A stretch of DNA of 64,000 bases from assembly GCF_009914755.1 (NCBI RefSeq), contig NC_060932.1. One strand, 5' to 3'. How positions within the stretch are numbered: the first letter of the stretch is position 1; the number at the start of each line of letters is the position of its first letter. This DNA is from the human T2T-CHM13v2.0 reference genome, Homo sapiens. Positions 1 to 12,570 of the stretch are shown here, piece by piece. Under the pieces are notes generated by a model. The model did not search any database. It was not told the DNA's origin and was given only the letters and a program-made list of their open reading frames with translations. Position numbers and translations under genes: made by a program.

Positions 1-519
1 TGTCCCGACAATGTTCCCTATACCCTGTAGCTATTGCATTGCCCATGTATCTCTTTAGTTTCCTCCCATCTAGACCAATCCACAAGTCTTTCTTTGTTCT
101 TCGTGACAATGAAGCTTTTGAAGAGTGTGAGATTGGTTTGAAAGTTTCCTCATAATTAAATTCAGGTTAAACAATTATGGCAAAGTACACACAAAGAATG
201 TGTGTACTCATGGTACCACACAAAAGGGCATACAGTGTCAGCGGTCCCACTATTGGTGATGTCAAGTGTGACTATTTGGGTAAGGTGGTAACTCCCAGAT
301 CTCTCTGTTGAGAAATACATCCTCTCCACCTCCCTGTCCTCCTCCCCACACCATCCCTGGAATTTAATAAATAATCAGTGGGGTGATACTTTAAGATTCT
401 ATTTTTTTAACATACATTGATGATTTTTGCCTTAATTATTACACTGGAGGATTTTCTAATTTTTTGAGTCCTTTTACACTTACTAGTTACATTCTTTTGT
501 AAAAAGAGATTTTCCTTTC

Positions 520-670
520 ACTCTTATTTCTCTTCTCTCCCCTCCCCACATTTCCTCTTCTTCCTCTTCTTCTCCTCTGCCTCCTTTTCCTTCTTTTTTT
601 CCTCTCTTGCTTTTACTTCTTCTCTTTCTTTTTCTCCTTTATCTTCCTCATCTCTCTTTCTCTGTTTTTC
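520..670. repeat. CT-rich low-complexity polypyrimidine tract
   Basis: Almost only C/T over ~150 bp. Confidence 0.85.
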
Positions 671-936
671 AAATATCAGTATTATAATAACATCTGCATT
701 TCTTCAGTGTTACATTTGATTATTATTGTTACTCCTTATGATCTGCAATCATCCCAGACTTGGGTAATGAGAGCCCCTTCAAGACAGCTCCTCCGTCTTT
801 TGACCTGTGTCCATCATCCCTGGACTCTTGCTTGATTCTGGCTGAAGATGTGTCAGGCTTTTCATTGTCCAGGCCTGGAGTCAGCATTTCTCGAGGAATA
901 GTGGTTCCTATTGGTGGGGAGTGGTATTTAGAAATG

Positions 937-963
937 CACACACAAACACACACACACACACAT
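937..963. repeat. (CA)n microsatellite
   Basis: Direct reading. Confidence 0.9.
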
Positions 964-1219
964 ATGAATGTACACTTCACATATACATCCTATTCATGTA
1001 GAAAACCACAAAATTTCCCCCCGGCTTCTCTCATTCCATATCTGTGTCTTCCTCTTGCAAAGTGGAAACCCTGGCTCCCTAAAATATTAATTTACTTACA
1101 CATTTACTCTATATTACACCACAGACAAAGTAGTTCCAAATTACAGCATGAACGCCACTAGGAACAGCAAACCTAATTGTAAAATTCACAATTTGTTTGC
1201 AATTCATCTTCTTAGACTC

Positions 1220-1882
1220 CATTAGTCCCCCCTTACCTGAAGTTATGCTTTTCAGTGTTTCAGTTATCTGCGGTCAACCCTCTGTCCAAAAATATTGAAT
1301 GGAAAATTTTAGAAACAATTTATACATTTTAAATTGCACACCCTACTGCAGAGCATGATGAAATCTTGTGCTGTCCTGTACCTTCCTGCTCTGTCCTGCT
1401 GGGATGTGAATCATCCCTTTGTCCAGCTCCTCCATGCCGCGGATGTTCCCTGCCTGTTAGTCCCTTTAGTGCCGTCTTGGTCATCAGATTGACTGTGATG
1501 CCATCACCATGCTTGTGTTCAAGTCACCCTTATTTTACTTAATAATGGCCCCAATCCACAAGAGGAGTGATGCTGGCAATTTGGATGTGCCAAAAAGAAG
1601 CCATAGGATACTTCCTTTAAGTGAAAATGTGCAAGTTCTTAACTTGAAAGAAAAAAAAAGCATATGCTGTTTTTGTCCAGGATCTATGGTAAGAGTGAAT
1701 CTGTGAAATTGTAAAGAAGGAAAAAAAAATCATGCTAGTTGTGCTGTCACACCTCAAACTTTATCATAGGTGCATATGTTTGTACAGAAAGAAACAGCGT
1801 ATATAGGGCTCAGTACATCCACACTTTTGGGTGTCCACTGGCGGTCTTGGAACGTAGTCCCCATGGATAAAGGGAACTACTG
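1220..1882 (+). mobile_element. MER44 / Tigger7 (TcMar-Tigger) deletion derivative
   Basis: TIR-like ends cattagtccccccttac ... gataaagggaactactg; ORF 1509-1706 has degenerate Tigger transposase N-terminus MAPIHKRSDAGNLDVPKRSHRILPLSE. Confidence 0.9.
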
Positions 1883-3919
1883 CATATCCTATTGTATTCA
1901 TGTTACTTTAAATAATGATTTTTCTCTGTGTATGTTTTAAACTTTATATATAGTTTGAATCATTTGTTTCTGTTTGTATTCAATTCTAGGGTTTGCCTTT
2001 TATATTCTTTGCAACTTAAAAAATATGTAAACTCTTAACATGATTGAAAAGTCAAAATTATATAAAAAGATATACTCAAAGAAATCTCATTGCTTCTTAT
2101 ACGCTCTTCACTCCATTCCCATCACCTTCTATGGATAATCATTTTCATTACCTATATTCTTAAGTAAAAAGTAAACAAATATGCTTATGTGTGTTCTTAT
2201 TTTTCCACTTTTCTTTTGGAAAAGGCAACACACTCTACAACCTCTTCAACACTTCAATGTGTAATGTACATCATGCAAGTCACCTCTCCCCTCCCTCCCT
2301 GCCACAATGCCACCTTCCAGAGATGCCACTGTTCCCAGCTAGCCATCTGTCCTTCTACCTTCCCCTTGAAGAGTTCTAAGTAGGTGATGGCACCAGGTTG
2401 GAAGCCGCATGTGATCTCCCTTCTCCGCTGCTGTATGATTCCCAGTGTTTTCAATATGGCCCAAATTTGAGCTTCAAGCTGCTAGTGCCTACAGCGGTTC
2501 CTCATTCAGAAGCCTGGGTTGACTCTTAACTTTGATGCTGCTTTGCAAATTCAAGGCTTTCTTATGAGGAGGGCTAGAGAGAAAGGTTTGTTACCACCAT
2601 CCTCTCAATTAGGTGACTCTCATATACTGCGCCTTCTAGCATGATGGCCATCCAGGAGAACGATACACACAATGTTTGCCTCATGATAAGGCCTGGCTTC
2701 CAAAGGGGCTGCAAGTTTATGTTTGGTTATAAATTTAACGGTTGGTTGAAATTACTACTAGGAATACTTTGAATGGTGGTTCAGCTTCTGTTAGAGTTCG
2801 GCTAGGCAGATCCTGCTGGAAAACCCATTTAGCTATAGAAAAGTGGCTGGGCTAAGTTTTTAAATTTATAATTCCATTGTTTATAAAAGCAGTCTCCTTC
2901 TAATTCCTCTTTACCCCAGCTCTATGAGATATCTCAAATTTTACTTGTTTTCTTCAAGTATAGAGTTTATCAGTTAGGTAATGAACCAGAAAGATCCTTT
3001 CTGGCTCTGACCATCATTTCGGCAGAAGTACCACAGCTGTGACGAGAGCAGCCTGCTCAGGGGTGGTTTGTTAATGCCTGGGGGATATGGACAGGGTCAG
3101 GATGGCCATGCTAGGGAGGGCTTGCTTTATTAGGTTGGAAAATGTCACATGGAGGCATGGCCCTTTCCCCGAGGGGCTCTTGGAGAGGAAATCATAAACA
3201 CAAGGCTTTGGAGCAGAATCCCTGGAAAACCATTTATTGCTACAGTTTCATGGCTTGGCTCTGGAATCTTGTCTCCAGCACAGCTCTGATTCCAACTCTC
3301 TCTGCCCTGCCCAAGCAACTGGGTCATGTCCCCACCAGGGTGTTGGACACTCAAATAACTTTCATAGACAAAGACAGCATGATATTTGCCCAAGTCCCTC
3401 TTGGTGTCCTATGTAGAGTCCAAATCCTTCAGCAATGCATTTGGAGGTCTGCCAGAATCACCATATGTCTGTCTTAAAAATGTCTCATCTTATTCAACAG
3501 GAAACCAGTTTAACACTGGGCCCTGGGCTGAAGGGGTCTTATAATAACATTATACTTTATCAGGAGGAGAAGCAGAGAGGCTTTTGCTCACAGCATGAGG
3601 GTTCAGGCTGAAAATCTCCTGGGGCATCACTTTTAGCATCTTCTTCCTCCACAAAGGCAACATTTCTCAGAGATTGTCAGGAATGAAGCATGGGGAAATA
3701 ACTTATCCCAGGCCTCCTTGTGCAGAGGCTGGAGAAGAGGGATTGATAGTGACAAGGATTCTCATCTCCATTCTAGATGAGGGGTGGGGTAAGTGTTCTA
3801 TAGCTCGACTCCCCACCCACTTTTTTGTCAGTTCTCTGACTTCTTCAATGCCCTGGAAGGTGGGAGTGGGATTCAAGGACAAAGGGCAGTGGGAGTAAGA
3901 GGGAGAAGAACTAAGATCT

Positions 3920-4100
3920 GTCGAGTGCTTCCTATGTGCTGGGTAACATCCATGCTTTGTGGTAACCTGACAATCACCCTGTAGGTTAATCTCTGTACTC
4001 TACGGGATAGCAACTGAGTCTCCATCACACTGAATGACTTGCCCAAAGTTAAGCAGAGAGTGAGGGGTGGAGCCAGTATCTGAACCTAGGCTTGCCAGCC
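3920..4100 (-). mobile_element. MIR SINE
   Basis: actgagtc...gacttgcccaaagtt...ggagccagtatctgaacctagg core. Confidence 0.7.
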
Positions 4101-4509
4101 TTGTCCAGTAAGTCACACCGATGCCCTTCACTAGTGTCCCCAATAAAGGATCCTTATAGGAGTGAAAAATGGGTTGGGAGGAAATAGAACAATGCCCAAC
4201 ACTCAGAGCAGAGGCAATAAAAGTTACCCTCACTCCTTTCCTCTCCATTCTCTCTTTCCGTTATCACAGGATTAGAGGTGGTGAGTGGGTGGCAGCAGGT
4301 GGTGCTTCTGTGGAAAGAAGTAAAGCGATACCAAATCGAGGCCAGCCAGAGGAGGACACTCTTTTGAGAATCTGGGGAGCATGTCAAAAGGCACAATGAT
4401 CATTTTCTCTCTCTTCTTTCTCTTTTTGGTGGTAAGACTTCCTTAAGTCTTCCTTAAGGACAAGATGCATTTAGCTTCAAAGATACTGTTGACTGTTGAT
4501 AGCTACAAG

Positions 4510-7405
4510 TAGCAGCTCTCAAAGTTTTTGGTGTAGGTCCTTTCACGCCATAAAAATTATTAAGGAATCTTAAGTGGTATTTAAAATGTGTATCATATTT
4601 ATTGGTGTTTACTAAGGCAGATATTAAAATAGATAAAAATTCAAATACTTATTAGTTTCCTTAATAGTAACAACAATATACTGTTGTATGTTAAATTACA
4701 TATTTTAATTAAAAAGAACTGTATTTTTCAGAACAAGATATTTATTGGGTAGAGTTGCATTGTTTTATTCTTGCAAATCTCTTTTATGTGTGTGTCTTAA
4801 CAGAAGACAATAGCGTTTTTATATTTGCTCATACATTCAGTCTGTTGGAATGTACTATTTTGGTTAAAGTATATTTGGCAGAAACTTTATACAGATATGT
4901 AGTTGGAAAAGGGAGTATTTTAATTGCCTTTTCAGATAACATTACTGTTCTTTGATATGTCAAAGCTCAACAAGTGGAGATTTTTAAAAGGTTGGTGCAA
5001 TGCAGAATATGAAACCATATCAATGAACTTTATGTGCTCTGTGAAATTGAGATATATTGGTCTATCTTCCACTTTGAATATATCTTCATTCATGCATGAT
5101 TTTATAATTTTCCTGCATTGGTGATTTGGAAGATATTAGCTCATCGAGTCATGCGAATCTTCCAAATGTTAATTGGTTTTATTTTTAAAAGTCACATTCA
5201 TTAATTGCTAACCTCATCAGAAAAGTCACTAAGTATTGGAAAGCTATCAAGCTCATAACAGTGGATACAAGTTTTCTAATATTCTTGTTTCTTTTGAAAG
5301 CTCAAACTTTATCATTGGCAACAAATGCTGATTGTTTCTCTTTAAGTGACAGATTCACTTTGTTCATTTTCAAGAAAATGTCTGCTAAATGCACGAATCT
5401 AAATAACCATAGTATTATGACTAGTCATTCTTCCAAGTAAAAAATGTCGCTGCATTAAAAAATCGGGTAGTTTAGCTCATAGTTTAATCACATCAGTGCT
5501 TTTTCTTGAGACAATCATTGGATGTAGGTGTGTAGCAGAAAAGCTTTATTCCTATTTCCCACTTAGTTACACCGAATATTAAAAAGACATGTACTCAAAG
5601 ATTAAAATATAATAACATTACTACTTTTTCCTGCTTTATGAAGGACATTCTCAAGATAAATTGGCATTTTTCCTCCGTGCTAGTATGTGGTGTTGAAGAA
5701 TATGGCCACTGGTAGAGTTTGATGTCACTTCCTTGATTTATGCTAAGTGAACAGCAATTTTATCTACCATTCCTGTGCCACTATCAGTGCAAATGTCAAC
5801 ATTGTTGGTCCAGGATAAAACATGAGATTTTTAAAAGTTATTAAGCACTTTGAATATGTCAGTACCACTGTGTTTGTTGCCAGGCACTTACATAAAACAT
5901 CTTCTTTGATCATTAGTTGTTGCTGATACCAGACAAATTCAAGCAAAACAACAAGTTTAGCCATATCTATAGGCTCACTGAATTGTAAACAAAAGTGCAG
6001 TTGTGCAGAGGAGATACTAACTCAGTTTTTCTGTTTACAGACACATTTTTAATTCATCAAGTTACTGTGTTTTTTGAAAGTGGCAGTGTCATGATTTTGT
6101 TAACAGACTTTTCGTCTAGTAGGCAGTTGGCAGATGTCAAATGTGGATGCTTTAGTAACATCTCAGTTATTATATCCACTTCTCAGCCAATGCTTTAGCT
6201 GCTGAATATCAAAATGATACCACACCTTAACTGACACCAAAATACCATTCAACAATATTCTGTTACATAAGACACACCTGGTAAATTATTATCTATAAAA
6301 CCAAGGAAAAGATAACTTTTGCTTATTTTTATTTCTTATTTACAGTTTTGCCCAGTTTGGGGCAGTTTCTTCCCTTTCATGAGTCAAAGGACTCTGATAT
6401 GTCAATATTATCTTTATTAGCATTTTAGAGCTAGATAATGCAGCTGTGAGTTGAAAAAGTAAGTCTCTAATTTCTCCCTTTAAGCCAACAATGTAGCCTA
6501 AAAAATGCAAGAAAAGCATATTTTAAATGCATTTTTATTTATTTTAGAATAAAATTCTATTAAGTCCTAAAATAATGTTTTAGATAAAATAGAAAAGTCT
6601 TAAAAATTGAAAAATAATTTTGCAAAAGAATACAGAAAGTATATTCACCTTTTTCTTGTGCTTCTGCATAGGTATGAGGAAAACTTGGGGATTTTAAAGT
6701 AACAGCTTATTGGACAGAAGGAGATAACACATATCAGATTATAGATGGTATAAATGGAAGTAGCTGGCAAAATCTCAGTAGAAATCCTGAGAACAAACTG
6801 AGCTAACCTCTGGAAGCATATGTGTTTATATCCTAAACCTACAACCTTACAAAGTTCTGGAAAACCCAGAACACAGAAACACATATTTCATTAACCATCA
6901 GAACAATGGAATTATTAGACATCATGTGGCTTCAGGAAAATACCTTATACACATGTGAAAGAAAAAGAGTGAAGAGGGCAAATGACATTTGTATTAGTCC
7001 GTTCTCGCACTGCTATAAAGAAATACCTGAGACTCGGTAATTTATAAAGAAAAGAGGTTTAATCGGCTCATGGTTCTGCAGGCTGTACAGGAAACATGGC
7101 AGCTTCTGGGAAGGGCTCACAAAATTCACAATCATGGTGGAAGGTGAAGGGGAAGTAGGCATGTCTTTCACAGCCGGATCAGGAGGAAGAGAGATGTGGG
7201 GATGTGCTAAACCATTCATGAGAAATCTACCACCATAATCCAACCACCTCCCATCAGGCCCCACATCCAACATTAGGAATTACAATTCGACATGAGATTT
7301 AAGTGGGGACATAGATCCAAAGAGTATCAATGTCTTAGTAATATGGCAAAAATTATCTTGGCATCATGGACTCTAAAAGAACTACTGATTCTTTGAGAGC
7401 TGCTG
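4510..7405 (-). mobile_element. Charlie1 (hAT) near-full-length fossil, interrupted by MST LTR
   Basis: 14-bp perfect TIRs agcagctctcaaag (4511-4524) / ctttgagagctgct (7391-7404); minus strand ~5765-5803 reads NVDICTDSGTGM (hAT CTDG-type motif); body matches recalled Charlie1 consensus. Confidence 0.85.
6990..7329 (-). mobile_element. MSTA/MSTB solo LTR (ERVL-MaLR)
   Basis: tgtattagtccgttctcgcactgctataaagaaatacctgagact ... tatca; degenerate 5-bp TSD acatt/atgtc. Confidence 0.9.
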
Positions 7406-7608
7406 GATAAGGGGGGACTGAACAAGGTTCAGAGCAAAGAAAGAAAAAGGTAATCATTTAGGACCTGTTTTTGATTTTTAAGGGAAAGGGATAAAGGGGA
7501 CATGAAGGTTCCACAATGTCAGGCCTACCTTATCTGAGAAGGCAGGCAGAGAGGAACTTGAGAACAGTGGCCCTACTGAGGAACAGAGGCTACAGATAGC
7601 TTGAACAT

Positions 7609-7612
<4 letters not shown>

Positions 7613-7647
<35 letters not shown>

Positions 7648-7656
7648 GTGTGTGTG
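7613..7656. repeat. (TG)n microsatellite
   Basis: Direct reading. Confidence 0.95.
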
Positions 7657-8226
7657 ATTCTAAGTTGACTCTACATAGCAGAGGATTGCTGGCCTAGGTA
7701 CCAGTCTCATGGAGAGCTGGGAAGACCTAATAGTCATCAATCGATAGAAGGCCTTTTAAAGGTGAAAGAGGAAAAGGAACAGAAAGACATGTATATTAAG
7801 AGATTGCGTTTTTTCACACTGAATGTAATGTTTCTATTCTTGTTTTTTTTTAAATCATACGGAAAAAAGTAAATATTTATTTCTTTACCACTGTTCTTCC
7901 ATTGTAGTTCCTTGTTTTCATCCCCCACCCCATGTCCATTTCTTTGCCTAGAATTTTCCTGTCAAATGGTGAAGAATCTGAGCTGACCCAGAGTTTGATA
8001 AGGAGCAGTATTGGGTCTTCAGTGGCAATGATATTGTCTGGCAAGAAATGGTTTTCTTTGGAAATAGACAGTGCGCTTCTGACTCATTCTCCTGCCACCA
8101 AATTGTAACTGGCCTATTGACAGCTTCCACTGCTTTATACTTCTTCATCTCTTCCCTCTTCGTCCATTAGAGGATTTAAGGTGAATTAAAAACCAAACCC
8201 AAAATATAAACAAACTTAAAACATTA

Positions 8227-8423
8227 CAGCAGTCTAGTTCATTAGAACTTACTGCAATGATGGATATATCCCATATCTGTGCTGTCCAATGTGGTAGCCA
8301 CAAGTGACATGTGGCTATGGATCCGAGAAATGCAGCTACTGCAACTGATGAATATTTTAATTTAATGTAATTTGAACTTAAATAGCCAAATGTGGCTTGT
8401 GTCTACTATATTTTATTGCACAT
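8227..8423 (+). mobile_element. MER3 (hAT-Charlie MITE)
   Basis: tagaacttactgcaatgatgga...gctgtccaatgtggtagccac...aaatagccaaatgtggct. Confidence 0.8.
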
Positions 8424-8429
8424 CTCTAG

Positions 8430-9025
8430 AAATCATTGGCCCTGACCAATCTTTCTAGTTTCATCTTTGGTCTCTGTACTCCTAAATCCCTTAGATTTCA
8501 ATAACATATCTTTCCTTCATAGCATTTATTCATGTTGTTTTCTCTGCTTGATGAAATCTTACTTGTCCCTTAAATTGCAATTTCAATGCCATCCATTTTG
8601 CTAAATTTCCTCAGCCTTTGGAGCCAAAGTAATTGTTCTTTACTCTGTGCTCACATAGTATTTTGTTCATGCTACTAAGAGAGCACCTGCCAAGTTGTCT
8701 TTTTTTGTAGTCATAATATGTTTGTCTCTCTCATGCATGTCCAATACAGATGCCACTGGCCACCTGTGGCTACGTAAATTTAAGTGAATTAAAGTGAGAT
8801 GAAATTAAAAGTTCACGTAATTAGTTGCACTTGCCATTTCAGGGATTCAATAGCCACATATGGCTAGTGCTACCAGATGGGATAGCTGGGATAGCACATA
8901 TATAGGGCATTTCTATCATTGCAGGGAGTTAAATTTGACAGCACTGACTGAATTATCTGATTGCAAAGACTGTTCATCTTTGTGGCACTAGGATATTCAT
9001 GGTGTCTGAAAGGGAGTAAACACTT
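8430..9025 (+). mobile_element. L2 3' fragment interrupted by second MER3
   Basis: Degenerate L2 3' motifs (ctctgtgctcacatagta; attgcaaagactg). Confidence 0.45.
8733..8946 (-). mobile_element. MER3 (hAT-Charlie MITE), inverted relative to first copy
   Basis: tgtccaatac...gccacctgtggcta...caatagccacatatggctagt...catttctatcattgcag...gacagcactg. Confidence 0.8.
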
Positions 9026-9439
9026 ATCCTATCAGGCCATGCCAAGAAGACAGGACTCATGGGCACATTTAATGCTCGAATATGAGAGATAGAACCAAAA
9101 GCCATTTGATGAGTTGAAGAATCAGGATATTGGAAAAAGACTGCTAAACACCAAAGCCTCTTGGGGTGGTAATAATGATGGCATGGCCAGGGATTAGATA
9201 CCTAATGAGTTAGCAAATCAGGGCCAAAATCAGAGAAAATTTGCTAGATAAAATATGGGCACTAACGTTGTAATCAACGTTTTTTGGACAGGCATTGTCT
9301 GCACTCTTGCTAAATTATTGGTAATTTTAGAGTGCACTTAAGGCCTGGCTTCTATGAGATGAGAGATAGTGCTCACTAATTGTAAAATAAAATGAACAAA
9401 ATGTAAATGCAAATTATGTATTTTAGATATAAAGTATAT

Positions 9440-10100
9440 AAGTTATAAGCCATGTATACACTGAAGAGACAAATAGTTTCTCCAGTCAGCAAGTTCCTAG
9501 TCTAGGTAGAGAGACACATATACAACCAGCTAGAGCAGTATGATAATGCTGTATTAATATGAACAAAACATGGAACCCACTAGGAAAGGTGATTAATTCT
9601 ACTCTGCTTTTAATAGCCACATTCTTTCAATATGAATCCTTCATTTGCTCAGTGCTGCACAGGTACAGAAATGTTTGTCAAATAGAGGAATGGATACCCT
9701 CTTAACAAACATACTGTATTTCTGCTTTTTGTAATCTGGGTATCACCTTCTCATTACAGCTTATTAAGATTCCACCAACATCACTCCTGAATACTTGGAC
9801 AACTTTCCTTTCATCACTAGACAATTACTCAACCAATGTTGCTGGGGCATCTACAGGGCATCCTGCTTACCATTGGGTGCTTTGGAAGATAATGGATAGG
9901 TGCTTATTCTCAAATAGCTTAGGATTTTACAGGAAAACAAGCATAGTGCACTTATAAATATCATCACCAATCCAGCGTACATTAAATATCAGATGAATGG
10001 TATAGACATTAAGTGCTAGGCCAGTTCAGAGGAGGGAGGGATGTTTTCCAGCTGGTGTGATCCAGCTGCTGTGATTAATCAGCAGAAGGATGCCCCAGGG
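9440..10100 (-). mobile_element. L2 fragments
   Basis: Degenerate antisense L2 3' motifs. Confidence 0.4.
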
Positions 10101-10285
10101 GATGGTAGCTAGAAGTCTGTTTTCTGAGGTCTTTACTGCTAAAATAAGCCATTCTAGGGAATAAGGAAACTGACTCCATGAAAACAGTCCCACTCTGCCT
10201 TCTTTCCTAGAAGAGCCTTGGTAAGTGGACTTCCCACTGTAATTCAATGACCAGCAGCTTGACACAACTGTTGTAGATTGTCCTG

Positions 10286-10316
10286 TTTATTTTATTTTAT
10301 TTTATTTTATTTTATT
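10286..10316. repeat. (TTTTA)n
   Basis: Direct reading. Confidence 0.9.
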
Positions 10317-10469
10317 CTTTTTCTTTTTAAGCTTCTTTTGGGTATGAATTAGGCAAAAGAAATTTCTTAAAGTCACAAAAGTACCATTCTGGTGTCAGTT
10401 TTTGTACATTGCAGAATGTCCCCTTATTGTGTGCTTGGGAAACTCTGAATCTCATGATTTATTTGTAAT

Positions 10470-10565
10470 TCATTGCAATGTGGAGTAAGATCTGGATTTA
10501 AATTTCAGTTTGCCACTTGCCAGCTGTGTGACCTTGGACAAATGAATGTCTCTAGTCTTTCCTCA
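10470..10565 (+). mobile_element. MIR SINE
   Basis: tgccacttgccagctgtgtgaccttggacaa core. Confidence 0.75.
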
Positions 10566-11909
10566 CTTTTCCACTTTTATCCCTATTTTCTGCTTTTATT
10601 TCTGTGTATGTAGTTGTTAGGTGACACTACAAGTGATCAGTTTATTCAATACCTTTCAGTTTAATAAGATCCAGGATCTCTTGTTTATAGACTTTTCTTT
10701 CTCTATCAGATATAATTCTTTCTGTCTGTAGCTTCCCTTTGGACATAGATTATATTATACTATTTCCAGTGTAATTGCCTCAAGAAAGGAGGCAGAAACC
10801 TTCATCAGGACCACCTAAAATAAAGGCTTCACTTTAAAATACTCATAGGCGACATTCTCTCTAAATTTAATGTCAATTATGGTATAGAGATATGGGTTTT
10901 GTGGTGCTGAAAGATTATCCTTTTGAAGGTGGAACTTGTCATTTATTTCTTTTCCCATACTTCTTGTTATATAGATCTGAGATTCTGGCCTATACTATTT
11001 TTCTTCTCCCTGAAGAATTTTTAACATTTCTTACAGAGCAAGTCTGATAGAAAATTTTCTTTGTTTTTGTTTGTTTGAGAAAGTCTTTATTTCTCTTCCA
11101 CTTTTGAAAGATAATTTTGCTGGACATAGAATGCTAGGTTGGTGGCTTTTTTTTTCTTTTTTGACATTTAAGTATTTCATCCCACTCTCTTCTTGCTTGC
11201 ACAGTTTCCGACAAGAAGTCTACTGTAATTTTCACCTTTCTTTCTCTATAGGTAAGGTCTTTCCCTGTCCTTCTCCACTCCCCACTACCTTCTTTAAAGA
11301 TTTTGTCTTTGTCTTTTTTTTTTTTGGCAGTTTAATATATTGTGCCTAGGTTTACATATTTTTGTTATTTATCCTGCTTAGTGTTCTCTTGGCTTCCTGG
11401 ATCTGTGGTTTGATGTCTATTTATTATTATTTTAAAAATTCTGAGCCATGACTCCTTCAAATATTTCTTCTGCTTCATTCTCTGTATCTTCTCCTTCTGA
11501 TATTCCAATTATCTGAATACTTCACCTTTTGAAATTGTCCCACAATTCTGGGATGTTCTTTTCTTACATTTTAAATTCTTTTTTTTTTTCTCTTGGAGAA
11601 GAGAAAGTTTGGAAAATTTCTATTTGAACTATCTTCAAGTTCAGTAATTCTTTCCTTGGTCATATCCAATCTACTGATGAGCCCATCAAAGGCATTCTTC
11701 ATTTTTGTTACAATATTTTTGGTTAATCACATTGGATTTCTCTTTCCTGGAGTTTTCATCTTTGTGTTTACATTATTCATCTGTACTTGCTTTTTTTTCT
11801 TTCTCTTTTTTTAAAAAAAAAACAAAACTTTTCATTAAGCCTTTAACATATAATCATAGTTATTTTAAATTCCAAAATCCATGCCATATCTGAGTCTGAT
11901 TCTGATGCT

Positions 11910-12424
11910 TACTTTTTTTAAAAAAATTGTTTTTCCATAAGTTATTGTGGTACAATGATATTTGGTTACATGAGTAATTTCTTTAGTGGGGATTTGTGGG
12001 AACCTGGTGCACCCATCACCTAAGAAGTATACACTGCACCATATTTGTTGTCTTTTATCCCTCACTCCCCTCCCACTCTTCCCCCCAAGTCCCCAAGGTC
12101 CATTGTATCATTCTTATGGCTTTGCATCCTCATAGCTTAGCTCCCACATATCAGTGAGAACGTACTATGTTTGGTTTTGCATTCCTGAGTTACTTCACTT
12201 AGAATAATAGTCTCTAATCTCATCCAGGTCATTATAAATGCTGTTAATTCGTTCCTTTTTATGGCTGAGCAGTATTCCATCATATATATGTATACCAGAG
12301 TTTCTTTATCCACTTAATGATTGAAGGGCATTTGGGTTGGTACCACAATTTTGCTATTGTGAATTATGCTGCTATAAACAAGTGAGTGCAAGTATCTTTT
12401 TCGAATAATGACTTCTTTTCCTCT
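11910..12424 (-). mobile_element. L1PB1-like 3' end
   Basis: ggttacatgagtaatttctttagtgg...ggtgcacccatcacc...gagttacttcacttagaataatagtctc. Confidence 0.85.
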
Positions 12425-12509
12425 TTTCAGACGTTGTTTTTTTACTAACTTTTTTGTGGAAACTGCACATGATATGTTGGGTAATAAGAACTGAGGTAAA
12501 TATGTCTTT

Positions 12510-12570
12510 TATCAAAACATCTCTGTACTCATATAAATATGTACAATTATTATGTGTTCTTTAAAATTCC
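12510..12570 (+). mobile_element. Tiny L1MA 3' terminal fragment
   Basis: atcaaaacatctctgtactcatataaatatgtacaattattatgt. Confidence 0.55.

Larger units (their letters stand above)
1..2260 (-). mobile_element. Old L1 (L1MC4/L1MC5-like) 3' region, interrupted by MER44
   Basis: Matches recalled L1MC 3'UTR segments (ggtgatgtcaagtgtgactatttgggtaaggtggt; agccccttcaagacagctcct; ggagtggtatttagaaa). Confidence 0.7.
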
